Positions 38,235-47,277 are shown, counted from the first letter of the stretch. The stretch is DNA of 64,000 nt from an uncultured virus (IMG/VR IMGVR_UViG_3300042465_006114) (IMGVR_UViG_3300042465_006114), one strand, 5' to 3'. Numbers and translations: made by a program. The notes: a model not told the origin generated them from the sequence alone.

Positions 38235-38475
38235 TATAGTTAGATTTTGACAATTCTCTTGCTTCCGAAGATATGAATTTTGACCTAGAGCCTATTTTGT
38301 TAATCCATTCTTGTTCACAACTACTTATTGCAATAGGTTTTTCTGTTAAATTTTCAACAGAATTGTTCGCTCCATCTTTTAATTCTGAAACTTCTTTCTT
38401 TTTTCTCATATTATTTAAAAAATAGTAAGCTAATAAAGCTAATACACCTCCAATAATTAATTTATTTTTTTTCAT
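38215..38475 (-). CDS. N-terminal TM protein with Cys pair
   Basis: TM followed by a basic stretch. Confidence 0.65.
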   Translation of the reverse strand: MKKNKLIIGGVLALLAYYFLNNMRKKKEVSELKDGANNSVENLTEKPIAISSCEQEWINKIGSRSKFISSEARELSKSNYIANCSK

Positions 38476-38512
38476 CTTTTTAAAATTTATTTATATTATT
38501 CTTAAAATTTAT

Positions 38513-38668
38513 TTATCTTGATTTTTCTAATTCTAACAATGCTTCTTCTACTGAAACAGTTCTGCTATCTATACGAGCATTATTTATATTTCTGATTATT
38601 AGATACGTTGCGTATCCGCCTACTCCTAATCCTAATCCTATAAACGTGTAAACTAAAACTTTTTTCAT
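38513..38668 (-). CDS. Small single-TM protein
   Basis: MKKVLVYTFIGLGLGVGGYATYLI. Confidence 0.65.
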   Translation of the reverse strand: MKKVLVYTFIGLGLGVGGYATYLIIRNINNARIDSRTVSVEEALLELEKSR

Positions 38669-38678
38669 ACTACTAATA

Positions 38679-39278
38679 TTATTCAATTCTACCAAATGGC
38701 AATAATTTTCTAACTCTGGAAATGTTACCTTTCATCAAATTAACGTATGTTGTTGAGTTCATTGTTGAATAACCAGCTTGAACTAACATTTTAATTTGCT
38801 CCTCTGGACTTTTAGCATTTAGTCTAGCGTTTTTATATCTATCTCCTAACAACACCGCAAAGTGCTTTTTTATTCCTTCTGTTGGGTCTTTAAATTTTGC
38901 AAACTTGGTATTAGGAACAGAAACTTTTCTCCCTCTTACCACTTCGGTTGTGTCTGCTACAACATAGCTATCGTGAATAGAAGGATTATATTTTATACCA
39001 GCAAAATTATTGCTAATAGCACCAGTTACTTTATCAGTTGGTAAATTTCTACCGTATCCGCTTTCAAAAATAGATTGAGCTATAATTCCACTTAAAAATA
39101 ATCCAGTACCTTTTACCGCAGTAATAAATGGTACTCCAAATTTATCTACAAAATACCTAACTTTAGTATCGGCATCAACATAGTTATTGAAAGTTGCTTT
39201 GTCTAACTTATCTAGGTAAGCAACTAATTCTTCATTAGTCATTTTTAAATAATCAGATTTTGATTTTAAACTTGCCAT
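38679..39278 (-). CDS. GH73 glucosaminidase (FlgJ-like) peptidoglycan hydrolase
   Basis: IAQSIFESGYG, NNFAGIK, TTE, FAKF, AGYST. Confidence 0.85.
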   Translation of the reverse strand: MASLKSKSDYLKMTNEELVAYLDKLDKATFNNYVDADTKVRYFVDKFGVPFITAVKGTGLFLSGIIAQSIFESGYGRNLPTDKVTGAISNNFAGIKYNPSIHDSYVVADTTEVVRGRKVSVPNTKFAKFKDPTEGIKKHFAVLLGDRYKNARLNAKSPEEQIKMLVQAGYSTMNSTTYVNLMKGNISRVRKLLPFGRIE

Positions 39279-39287
39279 AATTATAAT

Positions 39288-39425
39288 TTATTTAGCTTTA
39301 TACACTGTAACTCCAGTTTTTGTTTTTGAAGCTACATAAGTTTTACCGTTATATGTAAACGATGATGATTTTTTCTTTTTGGCTTCCAACATTGCTTTGA
39401 AATAACCATTTACCGCTTTTGCCAT
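39288..39425 (-). CDS. 45-aa highly basic protein (absent from ORF track)
   Basis: MAKAVNGYFKAMLEAKKKKSSSFTYNGKTYVASKTKTGVTVYKAK. Confidence 0.6.
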   Translation of the reverse strand: MAKAVNGYFKAMLEAKKKKSSSFTYNGKTYVASKTKTGVTVYKAK

Positions 39426-39436
39426 AATATTATTTT

Positions 39437-39781
39437 TTAAATTTTTTTTACTTTTTTACCCATTCCTACCTTTAGCTTTTCATTCTGTTTAGCTTTTAAT
39501 TTTGACTTGCTAATTTCTTGAACTGTTTTAGGCGTTTTGGATGAAACTTTTTTTGTCGGTCTGCAATATTCTTTTTTACCACCAGCTCCACAAGGTTTTC
39601 CAGTTAAGGTATCAATCCATTTTTCTGCACTCCACCTTTTTAAACTTAAACCCTCTTTTGACTTATTTACTACTCCAGATTTTTTTCTACATTTAGCAAT
39701 AGCTTGTGATGCTCTTGCCGAAGGAAAAACATCATAAGTAGCTTTTACAGTTTTGTAGCATTTATCTTTTACAGTTGCCAT
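39437..39781 (-). CDS. Basic Cys-containing protein
   Basis: LKRWSAEKWID...CG...YCRPTKKVSSKTPKT; very Lys-rich. Confidence 0.7.
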   Translation of the reverse strand: MATVKDKCYKTVKATYDVFPSARASQAIAKCRKKSGVVNKSKEGLSLKRWSAEKWIDTLTGKPCGAGGKKEYCRPTKKVSSKTPKTVQEISKSKLKAKQNEKLKVGMGKKVKKI

Positions 39782-39797
39782 AATTACATTTTTTTAA

Positions 39798-40145
39798 TTA
39801 TTTAAACCCTTTTTGTGGCATACCAGTTTTTTGTTCTATTTCTCTTAATCGTGCATTTTCATTTGCTCGTATGCTTGGTGGTACAAAAATACCCCAATAA
39901 GAGTTTTTACCACCACCCATAAACACATATTGTAATCCAGTTATTGCCACAATAGGAATAGAAACTAATAATGCACTTTTTAATAAACTAAATTTTTTCT
40001 TGTAACTATATGCTCCAATTAACGCTACTGGAACAATTGAAGCACTTGCTCTTTTTAAAAAATTAGCACTTGTGTAATATTTTAAGTTAGAAGTTTCTTC
40101 TTGTGTTTGTAAATATCCTAAAGGTTGATTTGGCATTTGGCTCAT
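39798..40145 (-). CDS. Two-TM protein
   Basis: Two hydrophobic segments. Confidence 0.65.
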   Translation of the reverse strand: MSQMPNQPLGYLQTQEETSNLKYYTSANFLKRASASIVPVALIGAYSYKKKFSLLKSALLVSIPIVAITGLQYVFMGGGKNSYWGIFVPPSIRANENARLREIEQKTGMPQKGFK

Positions 40146-40149
40146 AATT

Positions 40150-40902
40150 TTACTTTTTAAATTTATTAAATGCGATGTAACCTACAACTAAAGCTAAAGA
40201 AATTAATAAATATTTTTTATTTTTTTCTATAAAATTATTTGTTTCTGGAGTTGTTTTTAAGTCTGTTTTTACTTCTGTTTTAATTGGTGTTAAATAATCA
40301 GCAGAAGTATTCGTTAAATAATCAGCAGAAGTTCCAGTTGCGTTTAATAAACCTCTACTTTCCTCACTAGATAAATTATTTAATGAAGAATATAATTTTT
40401 CAGTTTCATTTGATGACATTGAAAATCCTTTTTTAAAGTGTTTTAATACTCTTTTAAATGTACTTGTAGGATTTGAAATTTTATTAATTACTATTTTACC
40501 ATCTTGTAAATCTCTAAATGAATTTTCCCCATAGTAAATTCTATTACCATCAGTAGCAAACATAGTTGCGGTAAAATCAGATTTATTAATAGTATCCATA
40601 GGATTATTAAAAAATACTTTAGCTAAATCAAAAGTATTGTTTTTATAAATAACTTTTACTCCTTTATCACTTTCATAAATAGTTCTTGCTCCTTTAGATT
40701 TTAAATAATTTTTAGCTTTATTAAACTCGTTTGCATTAGGAAAAAATATATCACAATCACTTGACCAAGTTCTGTCAGACAAATAATCTCGTAAAACTCC
40801 ACCAGCAATCCAACAATTAACCCCCTTATCCTTCAATTCTTTTAGAATTAAATTGTTGCAATAAACTATTGCGGATATTTTCTTTTTATCAATTTCTTTC
40901 AT
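40150..40902 (-). CDS. Class II nucleotidyltransferase (CCA/poly(A) polymerase head-like) with C-terminal TM
   Basis: WIAGGVLRDYL...SDCDIF, DFTATMFA; ends in TM plus KFKK. Confidence 0.8.
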   Translation of the reverse strand: MKEIDKKKISAIVYCNNLILKELKDKGVNCWIAGGVLRDYLSDRTWSSDCDIFFPNANEFNKAKNYLKSKGARTIYESDKGVKVIYKNNTFDLAKVFFNNPMDTINKSDFTATMFATDGNRIYYGENSFRDLQDGKIVINKISNPTSTFKRVLKHFKKGFSMSSNETEKLYSSLNNLSSEESRGLLNATGTSADYLTNTSADYLTPIKTEVKTDLKTTPETNNFIEKNKKYLLISLALVVGYIAFNKFKK

Positions 40903-40906
40903 AATT

Positions 40907-41158
40907 TTATTTTTTAAATTTTTTATATGCGAAGTAACCCAATACTAAAACTCCAGCGGTAACTAATATGTAATATATTGGTTCTTTTGTGTTATTTCCT
41001 TGTGTTCGATAAGAATTAGCTTGTGCTTCTTTTGTCAATTTTTCTGTAATTTGTAACATTTCCGCATATCTTCTTTTTTCTTCTTCTTCTAATCGTTGTT
41101 TTTCTGTTAGTGGTTTTACATTATTTTTTAAATAAACATCACTTGCTCTTATGCTCAT
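40907..41158 (-). CDS. C-terminal TM protein
   Basis: TM similar to that of the 40150 ORF. Confidence 0.7.
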   Translation of the reverse strand: MSIRASDVYLKNNVKPLTEKQRLEEEEKRRYAEMLQITEKLTKEAQANSYRTQGNNTKEPIYYILVTAGVLVLGYFAYKKFKK

Positions 41159-41160
41159 AA

Positions 41161-41481
41161 TTACGATTTTTTATATTTATTACCCAATGCTTTTTTCAAA
41201 TTAACATCGTGTTCATCTACTGTATTAGCTAAATCATCAAACTCCTCTGCACTTGGCATTTCGTCTATATTTTTTATTGCTTTTCTGTAATAAACAATTC
41301 CGTAAATAGATACCGTAATCAGCAATAAGCTAATAACAATATCTTTAATATTCATTTTTGGTTTTGCAACTGAATCCATTGCTCCACCATCTGCCATTTG
41401 AGGTGCTGGTGCTGGTGTTGGTGCTTGTACCGCAACTGGTGCTGGTGCTACGTCTGGGGTTGCTACTGCTGGTGCTTCCAT
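41161..41481 (-). CDS. Pro/Ala-rich single-TM protein
   Basis: PA-rich N-terminus ending in MADGGAM, then TM. Confidence 0.7.
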   Translation of the reverse strand: MEAPAVATPDVAPAPVAVQAPTPAPAPQMADGGAMDSVAKPKMNIKDIVISLLLITVSIYGIVYYRKAIKNIDEMPSAEEFDDLANTVDEHDVNLKKALGNKYKKS

Positions 41482-41900
41482 TATTTTAATTTTTTAATTG
41501 ATGTTAGTAATAATATTAAGCCTACTAAACCTCCTAATCCAGCGTAAACAAGTTTATGCTTTTGTAAATGTTCTTTAATGTCGCTTGGTTTTCTTGCCGA
41601 ATTTGTTGTTATTGGCTTATCTTTTGGGTTTATAACTACTTCTTTAAGTGAAATAGTATCTTCCTCTAATTTTATTGTCTTTTTTTGTAATTCACTTGCT
41701 TTATAAAATTGAGGTTTAAAACCTTGAAAAGTAATTTTAAATTGTGAATCTGGACTTATAATATCGTTGCTTAATGAAAACTCTCCGTTTTCGTTTGCAA
41801 CTGTTCCGAATTTATTGGTTTGACTTCCAGTTGTAATAGTAATATTAGCCAAATATAATGGGACTTTTGTACTATCTAATATCTTACCGCTTATTTCCAT
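41481..41900 (-). CDS. CarboxypepD_reg-like (SusC N-terminal-type) domain with C-terminal TM
   Basis: ISGKILDS...PL..ANI...GTVANENGEFSL...TFQGFK...LKEVVI. Confidence 0.75.
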   Translation of the reverse strand: MEISGKILDSTKVPLYLANITITTGSQTNKFGTVANENGEFSLSNDIISPDSQFKITFQGFKPQFYKASELQKKTIKLEEDTISLKEVVINPKDKPITTNSARKPSDIKEHLQKHKLVYAGLGGLVGLILLLTSIKKLK

Positions 41901-42064
41901 TATTTATTACCGTTCAATCTTCTAATTGTATAATAATTAACTATTGCTCCCAAAGTAAAAGATATAATGCCTACAACAACAAAAACCGTTGATAGGTGTT
42001 TATGTAATTGACTATTAACTTCTTTTTCAATTTTTTTATCTTCGGTATTATTTTTTTCTTCCAT
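41900..42064 (-). CDS. Small single-TM protein
   Basis: Probable start MEEKNN at 42064. Confidence 0.6.
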   Translation of the reverse strand: MEEKNNTEDKKIEKEVNSQLHKHLSTVFVVVGIISFTLGAIVNYYTIRRLNGNK

Positions 42065-42734
42065 ATTTATAATATAATGTCGCACCAGCTAATACTAATA
42101 GAATACCTACTGCTATTGTTGTTGTTGTTGTTTTTGATACCGCATAAGGCTTATTTAGTAAATAAAAAGCATCTAAACGATTAAACCAACCTTTTATATT
42201 AGATGGTTGATTAAATGAAGTGTATAAGCCTTTTCTAAAGTCATATAGTTTTTCAAATAATTCTGGGGTTTTCCCATTGTCATCTAATTCATTAACGTAA
42301 TCTACAATTTGAGTAATGTTGTCAAAGCTCTTATTGTATTTTGTTTTGAAAAAGTTTTTAAGATATGCAATCGCACCTCTTGACGAAGTATTACTTCCAA
42401 CTCCGCTTCCCCAAGCCATTTCTACAAATGTATTTGCAATAGCTTGATTTTTTACTCTATCGCCTTGCATTGGATTCCAATATCCATCTTTGTATATTTT
42501 ACCCCAAATATCATCTGGCATCTTTAAAAAATTATTGCAAGTAGCCGAATAACCTAATTTACTTGATAATCCTTTAAACGTACTCCAAGTAACTCCTTTA
42601 TTGGTATGGTATGGTTTTCCGTTAGAACCATTACCACAATTAGAAGGGTTATTAGAAGCGGTGTCAGTAGTAGCGGAACTTAATCCGCCCTCTTTAGATT
42701 TTATAAAAGTAATTATTTTAGTATATTGTGCCAT
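42048..42734 (-). CDS. GH108-like lysozyme with C-terminal TM anchor
   Basis: KEGGLS, TNKGVT, IYKDGYW, GWFNRL; TM. Confidence 0.75.
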   Translation of the reverse strand: MAQYTKIITFIKSKEGGLSSATTDTASNNPSNCGNGSNGKPYHTNKGVTWSTFKGLSSKLGYSATCNNFLKMPDDIWGKIYKDGYWNPMQGDRVKNQAIANTFVEMAWGSGVGSNTSSRGAIAYLKNFFKTKYNKSFDNITQIVDYVNELDDNGKTPELFEKLYDFRKGLYTSFNQPSNIKGWFNRLDAFYLLNKPYAVSKTTTTTIAVGILLVLAGATLYYKYGRKK

Positions 42735-43028
42735 TTACCATAAAATTTTATCTGCATAATAACCAGCACTACCAACAACGTGTCGGTCTTTTTCGTGTCG
42801 CTCTTTATACAATTTTCTTCTTTTATTAGCGTACCCTTTTTCGTAGTACCCTTTTTTCTCTTTTGCTAAATAGGTTGGATAGTCATTCATACCCCTTGCA
42901 CCTATTGAAGCGACTTTTTTACCATTTTTAAAAATATCAATTTTTTTAAGGACATTAGAGGATGGTTTTATTTCCACCCCCAAGTCCTTTGCCTTTCTAA
43001 AGCTATATGGTAAAATTTTATAAGCCAT
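42735..43028 (-). CDS. Basic hypothetical protein
   Basis: GARGMNDY...RRKLYKERH...SAGYYADKILW, a pattern I recall from aquatic viral proteins. Confidence 0.65.
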   Translation of the reverse strand: MAYKILPYSFRKAKDLGVEIKPSSNVLKKIDIFKNGKKVASIGARGMNDYPTYLAKEKKGYYEKGYANKRRKLYKERHEKDRHVVGSAGYYADKILW

Positions 43029-43442
43029 TTATTGTTTTCGGAAGTAATTAATTGCTCCTAAACTCGCAACAAGCAAAACGCTACCAATAACCAAAGTTAA
43101 TATACCAGAACCTTCTTTTTTAACCTCACTACTCACTAATGGAGTTTCTTTTGCAGTTTCTGTCGGTGCAATTGGTGCTTGTGGCGTATCTTTAGCTAAT
43201 TTTTCCTCTTTTCTTTTACTCAACAACGCTTCTAAATCAGCTATAATTCCTTGTTCTTTTTCTTCAACATAATCAATGATTTCATTGTATTTTTTTCTGT
43301 TGTCGTCAGATGGGTCTTTTTCGTATTCTTGTCCAGCAAGGTCAAGGTTATCGTTCAAGTCATCAAAAGCATCAAGCCTTTTAGCTAAAGAAGCGGTTAT
43401 TCTGTTTTCTAATTTCTCTAATAAAATTTCAATCTTTTCCAT
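43029..43442 (-). CDS. Helical protein with C-terminal TM
   Basis: TM; own promoter at 43475. Confidence 0.7.
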   Translation of the reverse strand: MEKIEILLEKLENRITASLAKRLDAFDDLNDNLDLAGQEYEKDPSDDNRKKYNEIIDYVEEKEQGIIADLEALLSKRKEEKLAKDTPQAPIAPTETAKETPLVSSEVKKEGSGILTLVIGSVLLVASLGAINYFRKQ

Positions 43443-43474
43443 AGTGTTTATAATTTTAAGTTTAATTTAATTTA

Positions 43475-43482
43475 CAAATATA
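43475..43482 (-). promoter_or_regulatory. Bacteroidota -7 promoter element
   Basis: TATATTTG on the minus strand. Confidence 0.6.
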
Positions 43483-43525
43483 AATAATTATTATTAGTAA
43501 TATTAAATAAACGCCTAGTTTTTAA

Positions 43526-44836
43526 TTATTTCAATTGTTGTCCAGCTCTTTTCAAAGCATCTTTCCAGCTTTCGCCATCTTTACGAATTTTTTTTGCTAA
43601 AACCATAACTCCACCTCTGTTGCCTTTTTTTACCTCTGTACCAGATTCAGCTTTTTTCATTAATTTAACTTTTCCAGCTACCTTGTTACCAACTTCTTTA
43701 GCTTCTGACTTACTATAAACTTTGCCATATTCTTTTTGATACTTCGGTTTAACTCGCTTTCCTTCATAATTCTTAGCTACTACTCTGGAAAGTCTTTCAA
43801 AGTTTGATATTCCACCGCCCTCTTTAAAGTTTCTTTTTCCTTTGTAACCAGTTCGGTTTGGTTTTTTCTTTGCATAACGTACTTCGTAATCTTCATTGTG
43901 GTTAACGTGTTTTCTTTCGTTTCTCCACGCACCATTCATACTTGAACGCAAAAGTTTAAAATCTTCTGAATCAATTTTTCCGTTATGGTTCATATCAATA
44001 CGCTTTTGATTTCCGACTAACGCACCACCATTTTTATAAATTGTTTCAACTTCTGAAATGTCAATTGTGCTAGGTTGTACTCCAGAACCAATTTTGCCAA
44101 ATTCTATAACCTTTAATTTATTTTCAGATTGTGAAAAAACCTTAACAAGTTTGCCATTTTTTAAAACAACGTTTTTATCTTCAAAGTTTGGATACCTAAC
44201 AGGTGTTGTGATTTTTTTAGCTCTGCTAAATAAACTACCTCCAAACGCTTTTTTTTCTTCCATAAATTCATACGCACTAGCGTTATGTTTTTCTGCTAAT
44301 TCTTGATTAGAAAGTTTCTTTGTAGGCATTGCTGGTTTCCCAACTCGAAGTCTATTGTCATCTGACATATCAATATCTTCCTCCATACCAATTCCACCAC
44401 CAGTTTCAAAAGGTAGTGGTGGTTGTTCATCTCTTTCTCCAGTAGATAAATCTATGTAAACAATTTTACCTTTTTTATCTTTTACTTTCTGAATATTTCC
44501 AGAAATAGTTTTTACAAACGTATCTCCTACTTCAATTCCGTGTGCTTGTAAAGAACCACCTTTAGCGTAAACACCAGATTGGAAGTCGCCACCTAATTCG
44601 TATTTAAAACTTTCGTTTGGATTTTCTATTCCCATAGCTTTTAATGCTCTTTTAGAAACTACTTTGTATTTTTTTTTGTCATCATAATCGTTCAACAAAT
44701 CTACTGCATCTTCTTTAAATTCAAATCCAGTTTCAGCTCTTTTAGTGTCTAAATTTACAACGTAAAAATTGTAAGCATCTACATCTTTATTATAAATATC
44801 TTTTCTTATTTGCTCTTTGGTTCTGCGAGTTCTCAT
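43526..44836 (-). CDS. Basic polyprotein segmented by hydrophobic-x-x-GG motifs
   Basis: YELGG, YAKGG, FETGG, YKNGG, FKEGG; EF-hand-like DMNHNGKIDSED. Confidence 0.8.
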   Translation of the reverse strand: MRTRRTKEQIRKDIYNKDVDAYNFYVVNLDTKRAETGFEFKEDAVDLLNDYDDKKKYKVVSKRALKAMGIENPNESFKYELGGDFQSGVYAKGGSLQAHGIEVGDTFVKTISGNIQKVKDKKGKIVYIDLSTGERDEQPPLPFETGGGIGMEEDIDMSDDNRLRVGKPAMPTKKLSNQELAEKHNASAYEFMEEKKAFGGSLFSRAKKITTPVRYPNFEDKNVVLKNGKLVKVFSQSENKLKVIEFGKIGSGVQPSTIDISEVETIYKNGGALVGNQKRIDMNHNGKIDSEDFKLLRSSMNGAWRNERKHVNHNEDYEVRYAKKKPNRTGYKGKRNFKEGGGISNFERLSRVVAKNYEGKRVKPKYQKEYGKVYSKSEAKEVGNKVAGKVKLMKKAESGTEVKKGNRGGVMVLAKKIRKDGESWKDALKRAGQQLK

Positions 44837-44857
44837 AGTGTTTTTTTTTATTAATTT

Positions 44858-44880
44858 AAAGGGGTTTTTACACCCCCTTT
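44858..44880. terminator. Intergenic hairpin
   Basis: AAAGGGG...CCCCTTT. Confidence 0.5.
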
Positions 44881-44895
44881 TATTGTTTAATTTAA

Positions 44896-47277
44896 TTATC
44901 TAACGTTGAAAACATATAAATCAGAATTGTAGTATATGTAAGCGTAATCATCTTCTAACGCATCTGCTAATTTATCATAATCAACTCTTACAAAATTTGC
45001 TTTAGCAAAACTTTCAGCATCATATAGTCCTTGTTCTTCTACTAAAAAGTAATAAGGGTCGCTTAATCCCTCATACCAATTATCGTAGTATTCATCATAA
45101 ACCATACTTTTTGCCAAATCTAGTAATTCTTCTTTAGTTTCATCACTTGCATCTTCGTATTCGTCAACATTTAAACCAGCTTCTTCAATGATTCTATTAC
45201 CGCCATCTTCGCCAATAATGTCATCTACATAGCTATCAGCCATTTCTTGCGACAATAATCTTCTATCTGTTTCAGAAACATCTAAATAATATTGAAAGTC
45301 ATTAAAACTTTCTATTCCAGTATCATCTACCAATTGTTCAGCAAAATCTACTGCACTATCGTATTTTCCAACAAATTCCTCAACCGCACTAGCACTATAT
45401 TGACTAACTACATCTTGAACTACCTCCAATGGTAAATCATTTTGTTTTGCTAAATCAATCATTTCATATAATTCTTCAAAATCTCTTTTACCCATATATT
45501 CTGAATACATACTACTTGGAACATATTCTACATCGTGGATAGCATATTCTTCAACTCCCCAACCAGTTAATAAATCTTGGATTGCATCCATTAATTCATC
45601 AGCATCGTCATAATCGGCTAAATCCAACCATTCTCCAATTAATCTACCATTATTATAGGCTTCTAAATTTGCAACGTAAATTCTCGGTGTTTCCATACTT
45701 CCTCCAGCCATAAATTTTCTTGCTCCTTTGTAACCTTTTCTACTCGCTCTTGGTTTTGCATAACGTACTTCGTAATCTTCATCGTGATTAACGTGTTTTC
45801 TTTCGTTAGTTACAGAACCACCTTTATTATATTGACCAGCTCTAATGTGGTCTAATAATGCAAACTTTACATATTTTGGTAATTCAGTATATTTTGTATT
45901 TACTATTTTATCAATATCTAAATACATAAATCCAACATCAGTTCCCATTGATGATTTTTTTTGCTTTGTTGTTCTTTTTGATTCATTATACAAATCTTCT
46001 TCAAATCCAATTTTTTCTCTATGGTCTGTTAAAAAATGATATTTTTGGTCATAATTCCAATCTTTCCAAACTTCATCTGCACTTTTACCTTCGTAGTTAT
46101 TTGGTATTCCGCCACCAGTTGCAAAATGTTGAGCTGGGTTTCCTAATGCTTCTGTAATCATATATGATTGTTCAGAACCTTGTGGAAGTCCACCCCCAGC
46201 CATAAACATTTCTCCACTTGACATTGCACCAGTTTCTCCAACTAATCCAGTATATCCAGTATTACTAAAACCATCTAAAGGTACACCAGCATTTAACCCT
46301 CCATCTCCAGCTCCAGTGTGTCCAGCTAAATCAACAACAACCGTTCCGCCTAATGCAAATCTTCTGTTACCACTATAACCAGTTCTACTTGGTCTTGGTT
46401 TAGAATATCTTACTTCGTAATCTTCTGAATGATTAACATTTTTTCTATCTCTCATTAAAGACGATTTTGGTCTGCCACTTGAAAAGAATCCACCACCAGC
46501 ATATTTTACATTTGCATCTTCTTTTAACATTTCTGCTGGTTGCGTACCATTGCTTTTTACCATTCTTAATGTAAAGGCATCAACATCTCCACCTTCGGCA
46601 TATACTTGACTTTGAAAATTTCCAAATGTAGGGTCGGTTAAATACGCACCATTTTCTAATAAAGGAGCGTTTTTAGGATAATTTGGAGCAAGTCTATCAG
46701 AGTGCCTATCTCTATTTTCATAATATTTTCTACCTAACTTATTGTTAAAAGTACCATATTGATTAGAAGTTTCCCCAGAGTGAGTTACAGTTCTTGCACC
46801 TCTTGGTTTTGCTTTTCTTACCGCATCTCTTTTAATATCAGTTCCAGAAATACCAGTAAGTTTTTGTTTTTCTTTTTGACTTCTTACAAGTTTAGTTAAT
46901 TTGTCAAGTTCGGTTTCAACAGTCTTGCTTAAATCCTTACTATCCTCTTTCATCATTTTACTTGCTCTTGCTCTTGCTTCATTCCAGCTCTCTCCTTCTT
47001 TACGAATTTCTTTAGCCAACGACATTGCAGTACGCTTTGGCTTTCTGGTTTGACTTGGTTTAGCACTAGAAGTTTTTTTTACTGGAGCAGACTTTACCGC
47101 TTCGGGCATTTTTTCTTTTGCTTTTGCAATAAAGTTATCTAAAGGTTGTTCCACCTTTTTATTCATTTCACTATCGGAAAAGTTTTTTGTTACATTTTTA
47201 ATTTTATCTAAAAATGATTTTTGGTCAGCAGTTAATTTGCTTTGGTCAATTGAACTGAATTTTTGTTTAATAGTCAT
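44896..47277 (-). CDS. Polyvalent protein with C-terminal ArdA-like antirestriction domain
   Basis: PRIYVANLEAYNNGRLIGEWLDL...EEYAIHD...VDYDKLA; 7 GG motifs in the N-terminal part. Confidence 0.8.
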   Translation of the reverse strand: MTIKQKFSSIDQSKLTADQKSFLDKIKNVTKNFSDSEMNKKVEQPLDNFIAKAKEKMPEAVKSAPVKKTSSAKPSQTRKPKRTAMSLAKEIRKEGESWNEARARASKMMKEDSKDLSKTVETELDKLTKLVRSQKEKQKLTGISGTDIKRDAVRKAKPRGARTVTHSGETSNQYGTFNNKLGRKYYENRDRHSDRLAPNYPKNAPLLENGAYLTDPTFGNFQSQVYAEGGDVDAFTLRMVKSNGTQPAEMLKEDANVKYAGGGFFSSGRPKSSLMRDRKNVNHSEDYEVRYSKPRPSRTGYSGNRRFALGGTVVVDLAGHTGAGDGGLNAGVPLDGFSNTGYTGLVGETGAMSSGEMFMAGGGLPQGSEQSYMITEALGNPAQHFATGGGIPNNYEGKSADEVWKDWNYDQKYHFLTDHREKIGFEEDLYNESKRTTKQKKSSMGTDVGFMYLDIDKIVNTKYTELPKYVKFALLDHIRAGQYNKGGSVTNERKHVNHDEDYEVRYAKPRASRKGYKGARKFMAGGSMETPRIYVANLEAYNNGRLIGEWLDLADYDDADELMDAIQDLLTGWGVEEYAIHDVEYVPSSMYSEYMGKRDFEELYEMIDLAKQNDLPLEVVQDVVSQYSASAVEEFVGKYDSAVDFAEQLVDDTGIESFNDFQYYLDVSETDRRLLSQEMADSYVDDIIGEDGGNRIIEEAGLNVDEYEDASDETKEELLDLAKSMVYDEYYDNWYEGLSDPYYFLVEEQGLYDAESFAKANFVRVDYDKLADALEDDYAYIYYNSDLYVFNVR

